Assembly: GCA_017619275.1 (NCBI GenBank)
Contig: JAFZSR010000090.1
Coordinates: forward strand, 6,945 to 70,944
Source: Prevotella sp.
GTDB taxonomy: Bacteria; Bacteroidota; Bacteroidia; Bacteroidales; Bacteroidaceae
Reading direction: 5' to 3'
Length of the DNA: 64,000 nucleotides
Below the pieces are notes generated by a model that was given only the letters and a program-made list of their open reading frames with translations, ran no database searches and was not told the origin of the DNA. A program made the translations under genes and the position numbers. Below, piece by piece: positions 58,055 through 64,000 of this stretch (position 1 is the first letter of the stretch; each line of letters opens with the position of its first letter).

Positions 58055-59439
58055 CGGATGGCTTCAATTAATTCGTCGGGGGTGAGCAGGGCCTGTTCGC
58101 CAGTAGTCATGTTCTTCAGCGTCAGTTTGCCTTGGGCCATCTCGCTCTCGCCAGCCATCGCCACAAAAGGAATCTGCTTGGCATTGGCGTAGGACATCTG
58201 CTTCTTCATCTTCGCAGCGTCGGGATAAAGCTCGGCACGGATGCCGGCTTGGCGCACGCGAGCCACCACGGGCATGCAGAAGGCTGTTTCATTTTGCCCA
58301 AAATTGATGAAGAGAACGCGAGACGTCTGGAGAGAATCTTGCGGATAGAGGTTGAGGGCCTCCAGGACATCGTAGATGCGGTCGACGCCAAACGAAATGC
58401 CCACGCCAGAGAGCCCCGGCATACCGAAGATGCCCGTCAGGTTGTCGTAGCGTCCGCCTCCGCTGATGCTGCCCATGGGGGTGTCGAGGGCTTTCACTTC
58501 GAAGATGGCGCCGGTGTAGTAGTTCAGTCCGCGAGCCAGGGTGAGGTCGAGCTGGATTTCGTTATGGAGGGCAGTTCCATTATTAGTTGTGGCAATGCCA
58601 CAACTCACCGAACTCAGGGCGGCGAGGATGAAGCGCAGTTCTTCCACGCCTTTGAGGCCTGTGGCGCTGTCCTTCAGTACGTCGGAGATGGTGTTGAGCT
58701 TTTCTTCATTCGTGCCGTCGAGCTTGATGATGGGCTGCAGCTTGCTGATCTGCTCCTCGGTGAGTCCATCGTTGCGAAGCTCTTCGTTGACGTTGTCGAT
58801 GCCAATCTTGTCGAGCTTGTCGATGGCCACGGTGATGTCAACGATCTTGTCGGCAGCGCCAATAACTTCGGCAATGCCGGAAAGGATTTTGCGGTTGTTG
58901 ATTTTTATCTGAACACGCACGCCGAGACGGCTGAAGACGGTGTCGAGGATTTGCATCAGCTCCACTTCGTTGATGAGCGAGTCGCTGCCCACCACGTCGC
59001 CATCGAACTGATAAAACTCGCGATAACGGCCTTTCTGCGGACGGTCGGCACGCCACACGGGCTGCACTTGATAACGCTTGAAGGGCAATTGCAGCTCCTC
59101 GCGGTGCATCACCACATAGCGGGCGAAAGGCACGGTAAGGTCGTAGCGCAGTCCTTTCTCACAAATCTTCGACGCCAAGTGCAGGGCGTTGCGGTCAAGC
59201 AGTTCTTCGTCGGTGGTCTTCTGCATAAAGTCACCACTGTTCAGAATCTTGAAGAGCAGCTTGTCGCCCTCTTCGCCATACTTGCCCATGAGGGTTTGTA
59301 AGGTTTCCTGGGCAGGGGTCTCTATCTGCTGGAAGCCATACAACTCGTAGACTTCCTTGATGGTGTTCAGAATGTAGTTGCGCTTGGCCATCTCGACGGG
59401 ACCGAAATCGCGCGTGCCTTTGGGTATACTCGGTTTCAT
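58051..59439 (-). CDS. hisS: Histidine--tRNA ligase
   Basis: [38 protein letters not shown] and GGGRYD. Confidence 0.97.
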   Translation of the reverse strand: MKPSIPKGTRDFGPVEMAKRNYILNTIKEVYELYGFQQIETPAQETLQTLMGKYGEEGDKLLFKILNSGDFMQKTTDEELLDRNALHLASKICEKGLRYDLTVPFARYVVMHREELQLPFKRYQVQPVWRADRPQKGRYREFYQFDGDVVGSDSLINEVELMQILDTVFSRLGVRVQIKINNRKILSGIAEVIGAADKIVDITVAIDKLDKIGIDNVNEELRNDGLTEEQISKLQPIIKLDGTNEEKLNTISDVLKDSATGLKGVEELRFILAALSSVSCGIATTNNGTALHNEIQLDLTLARGLNYYTGAIFEVKALDTPMGSISGGGRYDNLTGIFGMPGLSGVGISFGVDRIYDVLEALNLYPQDSLQTSRVLFINFGQNETAFCMPVVARVRQAGIRAELYPDAAKMKKQMSYANAKQIPFVAMAGESEMAQGKLTLKNMTTGEQALLTPDELIEAIR

Positions 59440-59442
59440 TTT

Positions 59443-59519
59443 TTGACTGTAGTTGTTGGACGGTAGACTATAGACTTTAGACTGTAGACGATAGACTGTA
59501 GACTATAGACGGTGGACGA
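59443..59519. repeat. 7-bp tandem repeat (TAGACTn, about 11 units)
   Basis: TAGACTA TAGACTT TAGACTG TAGACGA TAGACTG TAGACTA TAGACGG plus degenerate flanking units, filling the purA-hisS spacer. Confidence 0.9.
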
Positions 59520-59522
59520 CGG

Positions 59523-60794
59523 TTACTTTCGGAGGATGGTTTGCTCGCGGTCGGGACCGATAGAGATGATGGTGATAGGAGTCTCGAGTTCCTTCTCCAG
59601 GAAAGCGATGTAGTCCTTGAACTGCTGTGGGAACTGCTCTTCGCTGGTGAAGTGGGTCATGTCGGTCATCCAACCTGGCAGCTCGGAGTAGATAGGCACT
59701 ACGTCATGCTCGATGTCGTAGGGGAAATCGCGCGTCAGCTTGCCGTTCACCTTGTAGGCGGTGCATGCCTTGATGGTCTCAAAACCGTCGAGCACGTCGC
59801 TCTTCATCATGATGAGCTTGGTGACACCGTTCACCATGATGCTATAGCGCAGTGCCACCAGGTCAATCCATCCGCAACGGCGCTCACGTCCTGTGACGGC
59901 TCCGTACTCGTGGCCCAGGTCGCGAATGCGCTTGCCCGTCTCGTCGAACAGCTCCGTGGGGAAAGGCCCTGCACCCACGCGAGTGCAATAGGCTTTCATG
60001 ATGCCATACACTTCGCCGATGCGGTTGGGGCCGATGCCCAATCCCGTGCAGGCTCCGGCACAGATGGTGTTGCTCGAAGTGACGTAGGGATAGCTGCCAA
60101 AGTCGACATCGAGCATGGTGCCCTGTGCGCCCTCGCACAGCACCGACTTGCCCTGACTGAGCATCTTGTTCAGCTCGTGCTCGCTATCCACAATGGGGAA
60201 CTGGCGCAGATACTCCACGCCCTCCATCCAGCGCTTCTCCACCTCGGTAATGTCGTATTCAAATCCTAGCGATTGTAGGATGGCTTCGTGGCGAGCCTTG
60301 GCGGCAGCATATTTCTGGGGGAAGTCCTCCAGGATGTCGCCCACGCGCAATCCCGTGCGGCTCACCTTGTCGGTATACGTCGGGCCAATGCCCTTTCCGG
60401 TGGTGCCCACACGGTTCTTGCCCTTTTGTGCCTCGTAGGCAGCATCAAGCACGCGATGGGTGGGCATGATGAGATGGGCTTTCTTCGAGATGTGCAGACG
60501 CTCCTTGAGCGGATGGCCGCTCTGCTCCAGCGCACGTGCCTCGTCCATAAACAAGTCGGGAGCGAGCACCACGCCATTGCCTATCACATTCACCTTGTCG
60601 CCTTGGAAGATGCCCGAAGGAATGCTTCGCAATACATATTTCTGTCCTTCAAACTCCAAGGTGTGGCCGGCATTTGGACCTCCCTGGAAGCGTGCCACCA
60701 CATCATAGCGCGGGGTGAGCACATCCACCACCTTGCCTTTTCCCTCATCGCCCCACTGCAATCCCAGCAGGACGTCAACTTTTCCTTTGTTCAT
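59523..60794 (-). CDS. purA: Adenylosuccinate synthetase
   Basis: QWGDEGKGK, GGPNAGHT, EGAQG and TGRERRCGW. ATG 60794 overlaps the fur stop. Confidence 0.97.
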   Translation of the reverse strand: MNKGKVDVLLGLQWGDEGKGKVVDVLTPRYDVVARFQGGPNAGHTLEFEGQKYVLRSIPSGIFQGDKVNVIGNGVVLAPDLFMDEARALEQSGHPLKERLHISKKAHLIMPTHRVLDAAYEAQKGKNRVGTTGKGIGPTYTDKVSRTGLRVGDILEDFPQKYAAAKARHEAILQSLGFEYDITEVEKRWMEGVEYLRQFPIVDSEHELNKMLSQGKSVLCEGAQGTMLDVDFGSYPYVTSSNTICAGACTGLGIGPNRIGEVYGIMKAYCTRVGAGPFPTELFDETGKRIRDLGHEYGAVTGRERRCGWIDLVALRYSIMVNGVTKLIMMKSDVLDGFETIKACTAYKVNGKLTRDFPYDIEHDVVPIYSELPGWMTDMTHFTSEEQFPQQFKDYIAFLEKELETPITIISIGPDREQTILRK

Positions 60795-61297
60795 TATTCT
60801 GTGTTTCTGGTTTTTTTGTTCTTTTTCAGCTTTCGTGTAATGCTGGCCTGGCATGTAGAGCAGATGCCGTAGATATAGAGCGAGAACCCATCCTTTCGAA
60901 ATCGCTTCAGGCGCATGTTCTCGATGGTTTCAGCAATCTCGGGCGACTTCACCTCGGTCACCTTTCCGCACACGGTGCATATCTGGTGGCAATGGCTGTC
61001 GCCCGCATAGCAGGCCTCATACTTCGTGGTGCCTTGAAAGCGGTGGCGGATGACCAACCGCAACTCCATAAATAGATTCAGCGTGTTGTAGAGCGTGGCT
61101 CTCGACACGGGGAAACGGTCATCTTCGGCCAATTTCTGCCCCAACTCATCGAGCGTAAAGTGGCTTCCGATGCTATACACGGCTTTCAATATCGCATAAC
61201 GCTCAGGCGTCTTGCGATGATTGTTCATCTCCAGATAATTGTCGAGAATGCGCTCCACTGCCTGGAGCACACCCTTCTTTTCATCCTTTGTCTTCAT
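60794..61297 (-). CDS. Fur family transcriptional regulator
   Basis: RKTPERYAIL, VSRATLYNTL, HCHQICTVCG and C-terminal CxxC. Confidence 0.92.
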   Translation of the reverse strand: MKTKDEKKGVLQAVERILDNYLEMNNHRKTPERYAILKAVYSIGSHFTLDELGQKLAEDDRFPVSRATLYNTLNLFMELRLVIRHRFQGTTKYEACYAGDSHCHQICTVCGKVTEVKSPEIAETIENMRLKRFRKDGFSLYIYGICSTCQASITRKLKKNKKTRNTE

Positions 61298-61457
61298 AAA
61301 CCGAGCTACAAAATTACAGAAAAGTTAGGAGTTGGAGAGCTATCCCTCACGTTATTTTTTTTTCCTTAATTTTTTTTAACCCATTACGGTGGTCTTTTGA
61401 GGGCGGCAAATCCACCATTGATGCCGCCTATTTTCAAAAAGGGCATAGCATCCGAAC

Positions 61458-61615
61458 TTTAGGCGTCCGGGAAAATCAACCTACGCCAGGACTTCTGTTC
61501 CGGACACGCAGATATTCTTCAGACCACGTCGTGGTTTTTATAATCTACGTCGTAATTTATAAAAACTGCGTCACGGTTTATATAAACCACGTCGTGGTTT
61601 AAACAAATAAAAAGA
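61458..61615 (+). repeat. Dispersed repeat with four 21-bp-period palindromes, copy 3
   Basis: CGCCAGGACTTCTGTTCCGGACACGCAGATATTCTTCAGACCACGTCGTGGTTT...AAACCACGTCGTGGTTTAAACAAATAAAAAGA is collinear with copies 1 and 2. Confidence 0.9.
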
Positions 61616-61829
61616 TATTTCAAAAATCGGGCAATCTCCTATGTGTTTTTCTTCGGCTGTATAGGACAGAAAGCAGTTCTCCTCGCGCGCAAACAATAAT
61701 ATATTGCATAGCAGAGGCAAATATAGGTCAACTTTTGAGCGTTGTGATACAAATAGTTGCATTTTTATTGTGTTGTTAGCGTTTTTTTGAGTACTTTTGC
61801 ATCCGAAAATTCAAACAAAGTAATAATAC

Positions 61830-64000
61830 ATGAAAATTAAAGCCGACTACGCCAATGCTCCCCAGTGGAAGGAGCTGACCGTAAAATCGAGCCTTCCCCA
61901 GGAGTTGAAGTGCCTCGATGAGATTGCCCACAACCTGTGGTGGGTATGGAATTATGAAGCCCGAGACCTCTTTCGCGACCTCGACCCTGAGGTGTATCAC
62001 GATGTGAAGCACAACCCCGTGCTGCTCTTGGAGCGCCTTACTTTCGACCGCAAGGAGGCTATTCTGAAGGATAAGGCCTTGATGAAGCGCATCAGTGCCG
62101 TCTATAACCAGTTCAGGACCTATATGGATGTGGAGCCCGACAAGAAGCGCCCCTCTGTGGCCTACTTCTCGATGGAGTATGGTATGCACTCGGCCCTGAA
62201 GATCTACAGCGGCGGTCTGGGCATGCTCGCCGGCGACTATCTGAAGGAGGCCAGCGACAGCAATGTTGACATGTGCGCCGTGGGATTCCTCTATCGTTTC
62301 GGCTATTTCACCCAGAGCCTCTCCATGGATGGCCAGCAGATTGCCAAGTATGAGGCCCAGAATTTCACGCACCTGCCCATCGAGCGCCAGCTCGACGAGA
62401 ACGGCCAGCCGCTCGTCGTCGACGTACCCTACACCAATTACATGGTGCACGCCTACGTTTGGCGCGTCAATGTGGGTCGCATCAAGCTCTATCTGCTTGA
62501 CACCGATAATGAGATGAACTCCGAGTTCGACAAGCCCATCACCCACAGTCTCTATGGTGGTGACTGGGAGAACCGCCTCAAGCAGGAAATCCTGCTCGGC
62601 ATCGGTGGCGTGCTCACGCTGAAGAAGCTCGGCATCAAGAAAGACATCTACCATTGCAACGAGGGCCACGCTGCCCTGGCAAACCTGCAGCGCCTGTGCG
62701 ACTATATCGAGGAGGAGCACCTGACGTTCAATCAGGCCATGGAGCTAGTGCGCGCTAGTGGCCTCTACACTGTGCACACCCCCGTGCCCGCCGGTCACGA
62801 CTACTTCGACGAGGGACTCTTCGGCAAGTACATGGGTGGCTATCCCCAGCGCCTGGGCATCACTTGGGACGAGTTCATCGGCATGGGCCGCACCAATCCC
62901 GACGACCACGGCGAGAAGTTCTGCATGAGCACCTTCGCCTGCAACACTTGCCAAGAGGTGAACGGCGTGAGCAAGCTGCATGGATGGGTGAGCCAGAAGA
63001 TGTTCAACAACATCTGGGCAGGCTACTATCCCGAAGAGAACCACGTGGGCTATGTGACCAACGGCGTTCACTTCCCCACATGGGCTGCCACCGAGTGGCG
63101 TAAGCTTTATGCCAAGTATTTCGACGAGAACTTCATCTACGACCAGTCGAACCAAAATATCTGGGAGGCCATCTACAATGTGCCCGACGAGGAGATTTGG
63201 GCCACACGTATGGCTCTGAAGCAGAAGCTCTTCGATTATATCAAGGTGCAGTTCCGCGACACCTGGCTGAAGAACCAGGGCGATCCCTCGCGTGTAGTGA
63301 ACCTGCTGGGCCGTGTCAACCCCAACGCACTGGTCATCGGCTTCTGCCGCCGTTTTGCCACCTACAAGCGCGCTCATCTGCTCTTCACCGACGAGGCTCG
63401 TCTGTCGAAGATTGTCAACGACCCCGAGCATCCCGTCATCTTCCTCTTCGCCGGTAAGGCTCACCCCGCCGACGGAGCCGGACAGGGACTCATCAAGCGC
63501 ATCTTCGAGATTTCTCAGCGTCCAGAGTTCTTGGGCAAGATTATCTTCCTCGAGGACTACGACTTCCTGCTGGCTCGTCGCCTTGTGAGCGGTGTCGACA
63601 TCTGGATGAACACCCCCACGCGTCCCCTCGAAGCTAGCGGCACCAGCGGCGAGAAGGCAGAAATGAACGGTGTGGTCAACCTCAGCGTGAAGGACGGCTG
63701 GTGGTTGGAAGGCTATCGCGAGGGTGCCGGATGGGCACTCACCGAGAAGCGCACCTACGACAACCAGGGCTATCAGGACCAGCTCGATGCAGCCACTATC
63801 TACGGACTCCTGGAGAATGAGATCGTGCCCCTCTACTATAAGAAGAACAAGAAGGGCCTGAGCGAAGGATGGGTCAAGGTTATCAAGAACAGCATCGCAC
63901 AGATTGCTCCCCATTACACCATGAAGCGCCAGTTGGACGACTACTATTCGAAGTTCTACGAGAAGGAAGCCAAGCGTTTCAAGGAGATCAGCAAAGACAA
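61830..64000 (+). CDS. glgP: Alpha-glucan (glycogen/maltodextrin) phosphorylase, runs off the window end
   Basis: Read manually from ATG 61830: [16 protein letters not shown]...[39 protein letters not shown] and [10 protein letters not shown]. -7 TACTTTTG at 61792-61799. Confidence 0.95.
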   Translation, partial: MKIKADYANAPQWKELTVKSSLPQELKCLDEIAHNLWWVWNYEARDLFRDLDPEVYHDVKHNPVLLLERLTFDRKEAILKDKALMKRISAVYNQFRTYMDVEPDKKRPSVAYFSMEYGMHSALKIYSGGLGMLAGDYLKEASDSNVDMCAVGFLYRFGYFTQSLSMDGQQIAKYEAQNFTHLPIERQLDENGQPLVVDVPYTNYMVHAYVWRVNVGRIKLYLLDTDNEMNSEFDKPITHSLYGGDWENRLKQEILLGIGGVLTLKKLGIKKDIYHCNEGHAALANLQRLCDYIEEEHLTFNQAMELVRASGLYTVHTPVPAGHDYFDEGLFGKYMGGYPQRLGITWDEFIGMGRTNPDDHGEKFCMSTFACNTCQEVNGVSKLHGWVSQKMFNNIWAGYYPEENHVGYVTNGVHFPTWAATEWRKLYAKYFDENFIYDQSNQNIWEAIYNVPDEEIWATRMALKQKLFDYIKVQFRDTWLKNQGDPSRVVNLLGRVNPNALVIGFCRRFATYKRAHLLFTDEARLSKIVNDPEHPVIFLFAGKAHPADGAGQGLIKRIFEISQRPEFLGKIIFLEDYDFLLARRLVSGVDIWMNTPTRPLEASGTSGEKAEMNGVVNLSVKDGWWLEGYREGAGWALTEKRTYDNQGYQDQLDAATIYGLLENEIVPLYYKKNKKGLSEGWVKVIKNSIAQIAPHYTMKRQLDDYYSKFYEKEAKRFKEISKD

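Noticed and set aside
61776-63914. Minus-strand ORFs of 314 and 389 aa
   Set aside because: Antisense to glgP, which the ORF track missed because it runs off the window end.

Overview
Chromosomal window from a Bacteroidales bacterium, most likely Prevotella-like (TAnnTTTG promoters, SusC/SusD pairs, bat operon, T9SS-type C-terminal tail). In order: the start of a surface-polysaccharide locus (wza-like, wzz-like, flippase); a 17.5-kb CAZyme-free uptake operon (fasciclin-susC-susD-fasciclin-fasciclin-susC-susD); an ECF sigma / anti-sigma / secreted-protein trio whose anti-sigma gene is split by a G8 tract; the ftsY-rimO-HU-HU-moxR-bat superoperon with a BatD-BatE fusion; queA, a heavy-metal P1B ATPase, aroB, clpC, two convergent LuxR regulators (one fused to a RIC/hemerythrin-like domain), a candidate sRNA, serC-serA, GH27-prmC-recX-comF, fur-purA-hisS-CE12-esterase, and a partial glgP. 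I saw no rRNA, tRNA, CRISPR array, transposase or phage gene. The most unusual signal is below the gene level. (1) REP-like palindromes sit in frame inside rimO, hisS and a secreted protein, and one has a free intergenic relative in this window. (2) A dispersed repeat (135-bp core) with four phased 21-bp palindromes occurs three times, and two copies bracket the Sus operon in inverted orientation. (3) 7-9-bp tandem repeats fill many gene junctions and also encode parts of signal peptides. All alignments were done by eye and no database searches were run. Comparisons to named homologues are from recall.
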